IMG/VR virus record: IMGVR_UViG_3300012924_000001 | Coordinates: 14,335 to 78,334 of that record | Length of the DNA: 64,000 nucleotides | Strand: one strand, 5' to 3' | DNA from: a virus | Shown: piece by piece, positions 31,931-41,086 of the stretch | Layout: every line of letters starts with the position of its first letter | Numbering within the stretch: position 1 is the stretch's first letter | The notes under the pieces: model-generated | What the model saw: only the letters and a program-made list of their open reading frames with translations | Told to the model about the DNA's origin: nothing | Database searches by the model: none | Made by a program: the position numbers and the translations under genes

Positions 31931-32883
31931 GAATATTATTATTGTTATGTAGTCTTTTGCAGTTAAATATTTGTTTTGCTCAGGGCTATGAGTTGATTAA
32001 GATTCCGACAGACTCTTATCATGGTGTCTATACTATGATAGCTACCCCTCCTGACTATAAGGATAGTGTTGATAAGACATATCCAACGATCATTTATTTT
32101 CATGGTGGTGGCGCTAAGGGGACAGACGGAACAAAGTTATTTATTGAAGCAATCCCGCAGCGCATAAAAAATGGTTGGCAACCCCAGGCCATTAGTCCCT
32201 TGACCGGAAAATTAGAATACTTTATTGTAATCGCAGCCCAGGATCAATGGGGCACCCCGTGGCCTTCTACGATGACTCCAGTAATGAAGTACCTCAAAGA
32301 GGTGAAACATCTCCGTATTGACACAAATAGGCTCTATACGACCGGCCTTAGCTTCGGCGGCTCCGGATGTATGCTTTTTGCCGGATGGGACTCTATAGCG
32401 CCTAAAAAGGTGGCCGCTGTGCTTTCCTGTTCACCTACGGCAGATGTTAACCTGATCCAACCCAACTTTAAATATATTGCAAAAGAGAATTTCCCTGTTT
32501 GGTTTTACTGTGGTAACCAGGATGGATCTGCTACAGAAAATGCTACACGTTATAGCAAGGAGTTAAACCATTTGGCAGACAGCTTAGGAAATGGTCCAGA
32601 ATCGTGGGTCCAGATGTATGCAGGTGGCCATTGTTGTTGGAATGATCTGTATAATTCAAAAGTAAAAACCAACTTCAATGGAGAGCAGATCGATATGTAT
32701 CAGTGGTTTTTGACCAATAGTAAAAAAGTTCTTCCTCCCGATCCTACCCCTACCGACTATCAAATTTGTATTGGGAATGCGCAGGATATAAAGAAGGTGA
32801 TCGTATTGCTAAAAAGTGGGAAGTACGTAGAATATGATAGTAGTGCGCTATCCATTCCTAAAATACAGATTCAGCTAAAATGA
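31927..32883 (+). CDS. Secreted alpha/beta hydrolase (esterase/peptidase)
   Basis: Signal peptide ...CFA-Q; FHGGG; GLSFGG nucleophile elbow; D and GGH triad candidates. Confidence 0.8.
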   Translation: MRILLLLCSLLQLNICFAQGYELIKIPTDSYHGVYTMIATPPDYKDSVDKTYPTIIYFHGGGAKGTDGTKLFIEAIPQRIKNGWQPQAISPLTGKLEYFIVIAAQDQWGTPWPSTMTPVMKYLKEVKHLRIDTNRLYTTGLSFGGSGCMLFAGWDSIAPKKVAAVLSCSPTADVNLIQPNFKYIAKENFPVWFYCGNQDGSATENATRYSKELNHLADSLGNGPESWVQMYAGGHCCWNDLYNSKVKTNFNGEQIDMYQWFLTNSKKVLPPDPTPTDYQICIGNAQDIKKVIVLLKSGKYVEYDSSALSIPKIQIQLK

Positions 32884-33014
32884 CCGCTTGCCCTAAATTT
32901 TTTTTCGTATTTAATATAAATAACCTAAATTTAAAGCCAGATTTTAACCTATCGGCTTGGAAGACATTACATAAAATCCTATGTTTATTATTCTTCACCT
33001 CTAAAATAAGGGTT

Positions 33015-33341
33015 ATGCATGTTGGTAATCTGCTTATAGATCGAGAAACATTATCAATAAGGATACCAGGAACAGACCTAGCAAAAGAATGCACCCTGCG
33101 CGAGTTTCAGATATTAGAATTTTTATCTAATCATCAAAATCAGGCGGTATTATTTTCAGATCTAATTGAAAAAGTGTTCCCAGTAGGAGACTTTTATGCA
33201 AAAAGGACCACTGAAGTCTATTTAAATATGCTTCGGAAGGTATTGTGCTGGGATGGCGGCCATTTCATTAATATAATAAAAAAGGACAATATAATATCAC
33301 TTACCGTTTCCCCCATTGCTGCTGAACGGCCGACAGTATAA
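33015..33341 (+). CDS. Orphan OmpR/PhoB-type winged-helix DNA-binding protein
   Basis: TLREFQILEFL...DLIEKVF...RTTEVYLNMLRK; no receiver domain. Confidence 0.75.
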   Translation: MHVGNLLIDRETLSIRIPGTDLAKECTLREFQILEFLSNHQNQAVLFSDLIEKVFPVGDFYAKRTTEVYLNMLRKVLCWDGGHFINIIKKDNIISLTVSPIAAERPTV

Positions 33342-33461
33342 GTTTTTTATCTTCACTATATGTACAGATTATTTGGTTAATCCTGAATAATCCAGTAATT
33401 TTCATAACTCAATAACCTACTCTACTCACGCTTTGTTTTTTTAAGAAAAAATACATTAAAT

Positions 33462-34013
33462 ATGATGCAGGCATTTTCAGCTCCTACAGCGAGAGCTATT
33501 ATTACACATGCAAAGAACAACTTGACAGATCTATTAATTGACATCACAAAGATTAGTGATTACGAACGCCACAAGGATGCGCGTTCTGTTAATGAAAAGA
33601 TACTCGCAGCAACCAGGACATTACACGATATAGACAAGCAGTTGTTCCAGCAGATAATGATAAGGCTCGAAGAAATAGAAACATCTGAGAACAAACGAGC
33701 TATCATGTATATTAATGGGAAGGGTATACTCCAGTTAACGGAGTATTTTTTTATGTCTACACATCTTGAGTCCGGGTTGAAGTTTCTCCCTCATATCAAT
33801 AAAGAGAACGAAAGGGATAATGCTATATACTTCGTTGAGGCTACGGATGGTTTTCGTCTGGGCGAAAAGACAATGAATTTAGCGTCTGTTCTGGAACGCA
33901 CCCATATATCATGCCCCAGTAAAGTCTTGTGGTCTCCGGTTAATGAGACAATTGAACAACATGAAGGGCAAAGAGCTTTTCGCTTAGAATTTTCGCAACC
34001 AATTTACGCATGA
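33462..34013 (+). CDS. Hypothetical protein
   Basis: 183-aa ORF with ATGA overlap to the next gene. Confidence 0.6.
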   Translation: MMQAFSAPTARAIITHAKNNLTDLLIDITKISDYERHKDARSVNEKILAATRTLHDIDKQLFQQIMIRLEEIETSENKRAIMYINGKGILQLTEYFFMSTHLESGLKFLPHINKENERDNAIYFVEATDGFRLGEKTMNLASVLERTHISCPSKVLWSPVNETIEQHEGQRAFRLEFSQPIYA

Positions 34014-34909
34014 GTACAAAGATACAGAATGAAGGGCAACTTCAGATCACCAAACGTCATCTACGCAGCTTTAAGGAATCGTGGCGGCAACTAATAACAG
34101 AGCCTATTCCTGAGAGCGTTCACCCTCTCGTGCATCAGGCGCAGATAGATGCTATTGAATACAAGATAAAGGATTTTGAGCAAGAGATTGATGAATATAA
34201 TAGGTATCAAGAATCATTAAATAAAAAGACCTTACTTACAATTAAACCCGTACAGATGTTAAAACTTAAACCTTTAGCCGTACCCTGGAGGCCTTCTAAA
34301 GATTTTGATCGAATTACTATTAATGAAATAGGTCGAATCAATTTTTGGTCTAGCAAGATTATGAATGAGTTTGAATTTAATGGAGTAGAATTCTTTTCGT
34401 TTGCCATGGATACAGCTGATGAGGCTTCTAATAGTTCTGCCGTATTTTTGATGCCGAATTATGATCCTGAACAAAACAGTAGAATTAATCTTAACAGGAC
34501 TGATAAACAGCAACCTTATATTATCATGAAAACACCATTGGATGTGTATCGTATACATTATCCAGCTACGGTTGATTACTCTATCATAAAATACCCTATC
34601 TTTGAATGGAGTGAAGAGGAGCAGAAGGAGGTATGGGCTTATGATATACCTGTGATAAAGCTGGATACTTCCTTTAGGAAGGCTAATAGTATACCTCTCA
34701 CTAGAGATGAAATAGTTCAGCATAAAGGGACATTAGCGGCAAGCACTGAGCCACCACCACCACCACCTCCTCCTTCACCAGAAAGCACTAAACCAAATCT
34801 GCCCCTCCCGCCACCACCTCCTCCTAAAAGAGCAATAGCAAAGACAACCGGAAAGAGCGCACAACAAAAAGGAAAAAAAAGAGGCCCATATAAGAAAGGG
34901 AAGAGCTAA
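34010..34909 (+). CDS. Hypothetical protein with antitoxin-like N-terminal hairpin and polyproline/basic tail
   Basis: IQNEGQLQIT...HPL...IDEY N-terminus; poly-Pro tracts. Confidence 0.55.
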   Translation: MSTKIQNEGQLQITKRHLRSFKESWRQLITEPIPESVHPLVHQAQIDAIEYKIKDFEQEIDEYNRYQESLNKKTLLTIKPVQMLKLKPLAVPWRPSKDFDRITINEIGRINFWSSKIMNEFEFNGVEFFSFAMDTADEASNSSAVFLMPNYDPEQNSRINLNRTDKQQPYIIMKTPLDVYRIHYPATVDYSIIKYPIFEWSEEEQKEVWAYDIPVIKLDTSFRKANSIPLTRDEIVQHKGTLAASTEPPPPPPPPSPESTKPNLPLPPPPPPKRAIAKTTGKSAQQKGKKRGPYKKGKS

Positions 34910-34961
34910 TTCATTATCTTTGGAATATGGGTTGTGACAGGAAACGCCCATAACAAATGAT

Positions 34962-34991
34962 AATGCCCACTGTAACAGGTGGGCATTTTTT
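34962..34991 (+). terminator. Intrinsic terminator
   Basis: AATGCCCAC...GTGGGCATT plus T-run. Confidence 0.8.
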
Positions 34992-35026
34992 AGATTCAAT
35001 ATTCACAACTCATAATATATAAAACA

Positions 35027-35563
35027 ATGTCTCCCACTGATAATAACAAACAGATCAAGGATTACTCATTTAATAATGGGGCGATATGCCTTTCATTTAA
35101 AAATGGCGATACTGTAAGATTACCGCTCATTGATATTTTGCAATCACGCGCTGGTGCGGATGTTATAGCAAAAACAATGGTGAATATTGAGGAGTGGGGC
35201 ATTTCCATCAATATTCCTCAAATTGATATCAATGTAGATGCCATTAGATTACTTTCTGACAAAGAGGGCTACATAAAGATAAAGATTGAAGAGGCGAAAA
35301 GTGAAGCAAAAAAGGTAGGAGCGAAGATCCAGTTTATCCGTGAAGAACGAAAAATATCAAAACAGACTGTTGCTTCCTTCATAGATAGATCATATCAACA
35401 TATATCCAAAATAGAAGCGGGGAAAGCTGATTTAACGTATCAGGATCTATTACAGATTCAGGCAGTTTTGGGATATTCTGAAGAGGAGTTCCTAGCTTTT
35501 GAATTGCCTTCGAAGACAGAAGAAACATCTCTGAAAGAAGAAGACCCTGAATTAGAGAAATGA
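35027..35563 (+). CDS. XRE-family HTH regulator with DUF2442-like N-terminal domain
   Basis: IREERKISKQTVA...ISKIEAG HTH; LSFKNGDTVRLPL N-domain. Confidence 0.7.
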   Translation: MSPTDNNKQIKDYSFNNGAICLSFKNGDTVRLPLIDILQSRAGADVIAKTMVNIEEWGISINIPQIDINVDAIRLLSDKEGYIKIKIEEAKSEAKKVGAKIQFIREERKISKQTVASFIDRSYQHISKIEAGKADLTYQDLLQIQAVLGYSEEEFLAFELPSKTEETSLKEEDPELEK

Positions 35564-35584
35564 TTTTGTCTATCTATTGGCTAT

Positions 35585-35609
35585 ATACCCGCTTCGGCGG
35601 GTATTTTTT
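35585..35609 (+). terminator. Intrinsic terminator
   Basis: ATACCCGC-TTCG-GCGGGTAT plus T-run. Confidence 0.85.
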
Positions 35610-35663
35610 AAACACATGCATATGGTTTTCGAAAGGCGTAAATCCGAATCAACTTTCCGACTA

Positions 35664-36080
35664 TTATTTAACAGTGACATTTTTTATCATACGCAATTCA
35701 TCTTCTTCTATTACGAAGGAATCACCTATAACTCGCGATATCATATCTATCAATAATCCCCAATTTTTTCCATCACTAATAACGGAAACACCTTTCCTTA
35801 CATAAGGTGGAAATATTTTATTGATATGGGTCTCTCCATTATCAAAATCAATTCTCTTTGCAAAGAAAAAGACCATATCTTCAGGTGCATTTTTTTGGAG
35901 CGGGTCTGCTATTTTAATCAATAATTCCTGTGGAGTGATATTCTCATCGATCCTTCCTTCGATTTTTATTATTTCAAATTTCCCTATTACTTTAAACTGT
36001 TCAAAAACGTCCGCAGCCTGCATCAAAGATGTCATTTTTTTATGCTTAAAAATACAAGAAGCAATTAAAGTGAACTTCAT
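35664..36080 (-). CDS. Hypothetical protein
   Basis: Last gene of the minus-strand operon. Confidence 0.55.
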   Translation of the reverse strand: MKFTLIASCIFKHKKMTSLMQAADVFEQFKVIGKFEIIKIEGRIDENITPQELLIKIADPLQKNAPEDMVFFFAKRIDFDNGETHINKIFPPYVRKGVSVISDGKNWGLLIDMISRVIGDSFVIEEDELRMIKNVTVK

Positions 36081-36081
36081 A

Positions 36082-36807
36082 TTAACGTTCTTTTATTCCC
36101 GGATAAAGATCTGTTACAAAATCGGATTGCCAGTATTCATGAGTATCCACGTCCATAATGGTAAGTTTACCATCCCATCCAGCCCCTGTATCTAAGTTCC
36201 ATACGCCACCAGCATATAGTGGTTTCGCCTCTTTATTATTCCCGTTGTTAACGGCAGTGTGTCCGATAAATATTTCAGAGAAATCATCAACAGTTTTAAG
36301 CTTGTTATTTTCACCTTTAACGCTTTGTGCTTTCTCCCAAAGGGATCTGTCCCAATAGTATATGTCTTCTGGTTGTCCTATAAATTGTATTTCCCTGTTG
36401 AAGCCTCCATGTACAAAGCATCTTCTTTTGTCATCTATATAGAACAATCTTTGTTTTTTAAAGAACATGCGATGTGACTTAGGGAAGCAATCTGGATTAC
36501 ATATTCCGTTTTCTTCAGAATATGACTTTAATGTTCCTAATCCTCCCTGTCTCCAAAAATCAGGATGAAAATATGTTTCAAAGAATGCCCTAAGCCATTC
36601 ATCGTGATTACCTCTTATAGCTATAAGGTTCTCTATTTTTAAAAGCTCATCTACACATTGTCTTACTTCTGCCCATCCATCCGCAATATCACCTAATGGA
36701 ATAAGTGTATCATTTTGATAGTCAAACGCGCATCTTTCAAGACACTGCATAAGCGCTTTGTAGGCTCCATGTATATCACCTATTGCAAGTGTGCGGCCTT
36801 TCTTCAT
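36082..36807 (-). CDS. Calcineurin-like metallophosphoesterase (lambda NinI-like Ser/Thr phosphatase)
   Basis: GDIHG, GDIADG, RGNHD, HGG, GHT, LDTG motifs. Confidence 0.92.
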   Translation of the reverse strand: MKKGRTLAIGDIHGAYKALMQCLERCAFDYQNDTLIPLGDIADGWAEVRQCVDELLKIENLIAIRGNHDEWLRAFFETYFHPDFWRQGGLGTLKSYSEENGICNPDCFPKSHRMFFKKQRLFYIDDKRRCFVHGGFNREIQFIGQPEDIYYWDRSLWEKAQSVKGENNKLKTVDDFSEIFIGHTAVNNGNNKEAKPLYAGGVWNLDTGAGWDGKLTIMDVDTHEYWQSDFVTDLYPGIKER

Positions 36808-36811
36808 TCAT

Positions 36812-37267
36812 TTATTGTTTTAACAGTAATGTTATAGCAGAGGGATTATAGTCCCATTTGTTTAATGGATTATAGTTCCATTCGTTTAAGATTTTTAATC
36901 TCCTTACCCATATGGGTATCGCCGGGTTAAACTGTATTTTACATATTGTCTTCCATCCGCGTGGTATTTCAGGCACTAGATTACCAAATTGTGTGAAGCA
37001 GTATAATATTTTTACTGAAAGAGCGCAAGGGTCAGATAATAACTGCATTTTGTCTTGTTCTATTAAGGACGCAAACGAACACCCTGTTGGGATACTTTCA
37101 TAGGCATAATCAATAAAGAACCATCCTTCATTATATCTTGACATAAGCGCATCCACAATATCCTCTTTATTGAGCCTTCCCCATTTAAAGTGACCAGTTG
37201 CCAATAACGCAGGGAATACATGACCTTGTAATGTTAACGGATAGTATACGGCATCTTCATTTTGCAT
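36812..37267 (-). CDS. Hypothetical protein
   Basis: In operon, overlapping the upstream gene. Confidence 0.55.
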   Translation of the reverse strand: MQNEDAVYYPLTLQGHVFPALLATGHFKWGRLNKEDIVDALMSRYNEGWFFIDYAYESIPTGCSFASLIEQDKMQLLSDPCALSVKILYCFTQFGNLVPEIPRGWKTICKIQFNPAIPIWVRRLKILNEWNYNPLNKWDYNPSAITLLLKQ

Positions 37268-37841
37268 ATGGTAAAATCATTTGATGTAAGCGGCCTTCCT
37301 TGTGAAAGCTTGTGATGGCTCCCATAAAGGCTTCCCGGTACAAATTAAAGGCTGTGATTGCCGGAATAGCCTCTTTATTGTTTTTAATATCGCACAGTTC
37401 TGGAGGGCTAATTACATGATAAGACCTGCAAATTATGGGGCGTGCTTCATATATGGTACACTCATTGTCTTTAAGAAAGACACAGGCCGATACATCTGAG
37501 TGTAATAGCTTGTTAATAGAAAGTTTATTCTGACGTAACAAGTGGTTTTTATCTATGGCTATATTATGTTTTCTGCAATACTCAACAATGATTGCCACCT
37601 CCTCCGTGTAAGTTGGAATATCATGATGACAACAAAAGGAGCATCCTTTTTTGCAAGAATATTGAACCTTTGCGTTTGTGGATACCTCTTCATTAATATA
37701 ATCTACTTTTGTAATAGCCCAACGAAATGCCTGCAACTTGCCAACCATTTTAATGAGTTGACCATATTTTATTTTCCATTCAGCATACCAGTCTAATGAT
37801 TCAGGATTATTTGCTATCCAGGATAAGATTTCTTTTTTCAT
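37257..37841 (-). CDS. YkgJ-family Cys-cluster (Zn/Fe-chelating) protein
   Basis: CKKGCSFCC...CVFL....CTIYEARPIICR. Confidence 0.88.
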   Translation of the reverse strand: MKKEILSWIANNPESLDWYAEWKIKYGQLIKMVGKLQAFRWAITKVDYINEEVSTNAKVQYSCKKGCSFCCHHDIPTYTEEVAIIVEYCRKHNIAIDKNHLLRQNKLSINKLLHSDVSACVFLKDNECTIYEARPIICRSYHVISPPELCDIKNNKEAIPAITAFNLYREAFMGAITSFHKEGRLHQMILPYAK

Positions 37842-37871
37842 AATAATATTGGTTTAGATGAAAAAGAAAAG

Positions 37872-38443
37872 GGGAACATAGCCCACGTTGCCGGATATTG
37901 CTCTCGGGTATCTTCCGACCCTCCGGAGGTTGATTTGGCCTTACGCTTTTGGACAGCTGCCTCAGCCATGTGGACGCACCCGCTATCAGCCCTTTCGGTA
38001 TGTTCCCAAGAAAATTGGCCACCGTAGTTTTTCGGCATCTTTAGCTACTAGATGTTAGAATCTATCCGTTAGGACAAGCCCTGATTTTTGCGGCCAATAT
38101 AATAAAGTGAAGAACTTTTAAAGATTCCTGAGCGTGTCCCTTCGGCAGTAAGCGCCGGACATCCTGCAAACCCGCCCTGACTTCGACAGTGTGCCAGACC
38201 GGAATAAATGGTTAAGAGAAAGACTACTTCCGCGGGCCTCTCCCATATTATTCTAGCTTCCTGGTAGTAACCCCCGCCGTCCTTACATTTCAGGCTGCCA
38301 TTGGGATCATTAAATAAAGTTCCCGCATGATATACAGCTCTCAGGAATCCAATAAAATAAAGATCTTAAAGAAAACCCCCTCCGCACCTCATTTCTCTCA
38401 GCGCCGAGATATCCCCCATAAAGACGGATAGCGGAAGGGGTTT
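37872..38443 (-). ncRNA. Cluster of four tandem structured RNA domains, family not recognised
   Basis: Four separately closed 9-13 bp terminal helices with many internal helices; G-U pairs and a GAAA tetraloop favour the minus strand; U-rich linkers. Confidence 0.7.
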
Positions 38444-38476
38444 AGCAGGAATTGACGTTTAAAGATAAGAGATTAT

Positions 38477-38806
38477 TTATTTTGTACCAACCTTATTACG
38501 AAAAGTATTGTAATCAGCAGCAGAAAGAAATCCTTTTTTACATCCTCCATTTAATGTCTTTTGATATTGTACTATTCGGGGGCTGTTTTCTGGTAAAGGA
38601 GTCAAATCCGTGCGTAATTGATCAAGAACGCGCTGAAGTATCTTAGGAGGCACTTCTCCCTCTGCCAGGGTAGCAGTAGTGCAGGTTATGTGAAAGATAC
38701 AGGCCTTATTAAGAATAAACGCCTTCGCTGTGCTCAGTCCAGGAACTGAATCTATTTTTCTTGCCTTTACGTGGATACCATCTACAGAAAAATTTGAATT
38801 ACGCAT
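38477..38806 (-). CDS. Hypothetical protein
   Basis: 109-aa ORF with A-rich start context. Confidence 0.55.
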   Translation of the reverse strand: MRNSNFSVDGIHVKARKIDSVPGLSTAKAFILNKACIFHITCTTATLAEGEVPPKILQRVLDQLRTDLTPLPENSPRIVQYQKTLNGGCKKGFLSAADYNTFRNKVGTK

Positions 38807-38825
38807 AGTGATTGGGTTTAGTGAT

Positions 38826-39119
38826 TTAGTGCTTTAAAAGGTCAACCATATTGATTATTTCGGCTAACCCATATTGAAAGAAAAGAAAGTCTTTATAGGG
38901 ATTGGCCATTAGGGTGAAACGGACTTTTTTATCTGTCAATTCTTTTGCTATTGCTGCTTGTTCGGGAACTAAGTAAGTATATCTTTGGTTTTTCTCGGTG
39001 CCCCAAAGGATACAGGCCATTCCAGATGCCTTACATATTATTACCTTTCCTTCGAGTACTTGAGCGTAGTATTTGGAGGGTTTAGGAGACCGCAATTGGG
39101 AATCGGTATCTTGAGGCAT
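38826..39119 (-). CDS. Hypothetical protein
   Basis: 97-aa ORF. Confidence 0.55.
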   Translation of the reverse strand: MPQDTDSQLRSPKPSKYYAQVLEGKVIICKASGMACILWGTEKNQRYTYLVPEQAAIAKELTDKKVRFTLMANPYKDFLFFQYGLAEIINMVDLLKH

Positions 39120-39192
39120 TTTGCGCTTTTTCCGTAATTTAATAATATTATATTATAAAATAGGTTTTTTGGAGTGAAAAATTATGAATACC

Positions 39193-39432
39193 TTGGGCAT
39201 ACAATTAGGCATACAGAAAAACATCGTTTTGAAGATAGGCCACCATGGCTGTCAGGCAAGAAAGTAGCTAAAATTCCACGTTATGCACAATACTTCCACT
39301 CAGTTCCACGTTATCTGCTAAAAATGGCCACAATAAAGGGTTATATGGGAATGGGACAAAAAATAAAGTGCTGCAAAATGTATTATAATTGAAAGAAAAG
39401 AGTTAGTTTTAGGCATACAATTAGGCATACAA
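39193..39432. other. attP-like region with integrase arm-type and Xis-type repeats
   Basis: Paired TTRGGCATACAR repeats at 39193-39216 and 39409-39432; TTCCAC at 39274, 39294 and 39304; directly upstream of int. Confidence 0.7.
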
Positions 39433-39448
39433 ATAAACCTCTACAGAT

Positions 39449-40855
39449 ATGGCAGAAACTCCCACTCTCATTGTGATTAACAAGTATTACTCCGTTTCCT
39501 TTTATTGCGACGATCTCAAGCCGATGGACAACCGTTTACGCTACCCGACAGGAGTCAGGGCAACGGAGTCCATTTCGAAAGCGGGGCAGGAAAAAATAGA
39601 TCAAATAAAGGATGATATTATGGAATATGTCTCCACCAGGAGGAGGCGAAAAAAAACAGTTCTCAAGCTGGAGTTAAAGACATTCCTTGACGAACAAAGA
39701 GGTATTTTTCTTCCGCTACCTTCTGAATCAATCGTAGCTTCAGAAGCTGAATCAAACGTAGCTTTAGAGGCCATTAAGGATCTTGTGCAAGATCACAAGG
39801 ATATGATAGCCCAAATGCGGAAAGGGAATATCTTAAAAAAAGATGGCGGTGTCTATAGTCCCAATGCGTGTGATCAGTATGAGAGGATAAGAGCGCGTTG
39901 GCAAGACTGCGAGATAGCAACCAAAAACGCTGAAAATAAATTTACACTGTCCTATTTGATTACTATTGACGACTGTAAGGCCTTACAATTGTGGCTGACC
40001 CAGCAAAAGTATAGCAAAAACACCATATATGATACGCTCAATGTTCTCAAGATATACTTGAAGTGGTCTCACAAAGAAAAATATCATCAAAACGAAGTTT
40101 TTAAAGAGATGTGTGACAGAATGAGCTTTTCCCCAGAGGTTGCTGATGCCATTGCTCCTTCTTTTGATGAAGTTTATGCTTTATACACAAAGCATTTCGA
40201 TAATACAAATGAAGAGCGTGCCAGAGACTTTTTTATTTTGGGCTGTTTTTTAGGGTTACGTGTAAATGATCTGTATCGTATTAATGATTATTTGCTGCTC
40301 CTGCATTCTGATGGCTATTATTATTTTGATATCTTCACTCAAAAGGGGCAGAAGACAGTCTCTATTCCGGCCCACTATATAGCTCGTGAAATATATAATA
40401 AATACAGGGGCAATAAAAGTTTATGTGGGGATAATCAATTTGGGCCATTTGAACTATCAAGAATACCAAAACAATGGCGTAAATTATACAAGCCTGGATT
40501 ATTACCTGTATTCCATAAAAGCAATCTTGCTCAATATCTCCCTAAGATATGTAAAGAGACAATAAAAGGAAGCGCACTAATAACAATGACAAAAGGAGGT
40601 ATAAAGGAAGCGCATCATTATGAAAGATGTGATCTAATGACTCCCCATACGATGAGGCGATTTTTTGCGACTTATATGTACTGTGATATGCATTTGTCTG
40701 CTGCGGAGGTAATGGAGTTTACTGGACACAAAACAGAAGAGAGCTTTTTTAGGTATATAAAAATAGATCGCCAAAGAACAGTAAAGAAGGTTGCAAATAT
40801 GATAGCTTTTACGGGACCAGTCGAACTTTCTTCCAATCTTTCCGTGGTAGCGTAA
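39449..40855 (+). CDS. int: Tyrosine integrase
   Basis: GLRVND, HTMRR, GHKT...Y catalytic motifs; Bacteroidota-type N-terminal domains. Confidence 0.93.
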   Translation: MAETPTLIVINKYYSVSFYCDDLKPMDNRLRYPTGVRATESISKAGQEKIDQIKDDIMEYVSTRRRRKKTVLKLELKTFLDEQRGIFLPLPSESIVASEAESNVALEAIKDLVQDHKDMIAQMRKGNILKKDGGVYSPNACDQYERIRARWQDCEIATKNAENKFTLSYLITIDDCKALQLWLTQQKYSKNTIYDTLNVLKIYLKWSHKEKYHQNEVFKEMCDRMSFSPEVADAIAPSFDEVYALYTKHFDNTNEERARDFFILGCFLGLRVNDLYRINDYLLLLHSDGYYYFDIFTQKGQKTVSIPAHYIAREIYNKYRGNKSLCGDNQFGPFELSRIPKQWRKLYKPGLLPVFHKSNLAQYLPKICKETIKGSALITMTKGGIKEAHHYERCDLMTPHTMRRFFATYMYCDMHLSAAEVMEFTGHKTEESFFRYIKIDRQRTVKKVANMIAFTGPVELSSNLSVVA

Positions 40856-41084
40856 TCTCTTTCCCTGCTCGAAGGCCTTTAATGTTAAGTTTCTTCATCT
40901 TATTACGCAACGTCCTCTTACAACAGTTAAACTCCTCAGATGCTTGTCCAAGCGTAAGCTCCTCCCAATCGGGAGGAGCTTTTTGTTCTTCCTTCCACCC
41001 CTGTTTTGCTTTCTCTATGGCCTCATTGATCATATCCTGTAGATCACTACGAGTGAGGCCTATAACTTCAATACGCTGGATCAT
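40809..41084 (-). CDS. xis: Excisionase-like HTH protein
   Basis: LTLGQASEEFNCCKRTL HTH_17-like; convergent with int. Confidence 0.7.
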   Translation of the reverse strand: MIQRIEVIGLTRSDLQDMINEAIEKAKQGWKEEQKAPPDWEELTLGQASEEFNCCKRTLRNKMKKLNIKGLRAGKEITLPRKDWKKVRLVP

Positions 41085-41086
41085 GG

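Noticed and set aside
360-32883. Stop-codon reassignment
   Set aside because: Long genes are intact and densely packed under the standard code
37807-38038. ORFs 37807..38022 and 37838..38038
   Set aside because: Two overlapping short frames over a strongly base-paired region; better explained as RNA structure
38373-38443. TPP riboswitch (GCUGAGA)
   Set aside because: The remaining TPP consensus (CCUGA, UAAU loop) is absent
39174-39392. 72-aa ORF upstream of the integrase
   Set aside because: Overlies att-type repeats, GTG start, no recognisable features
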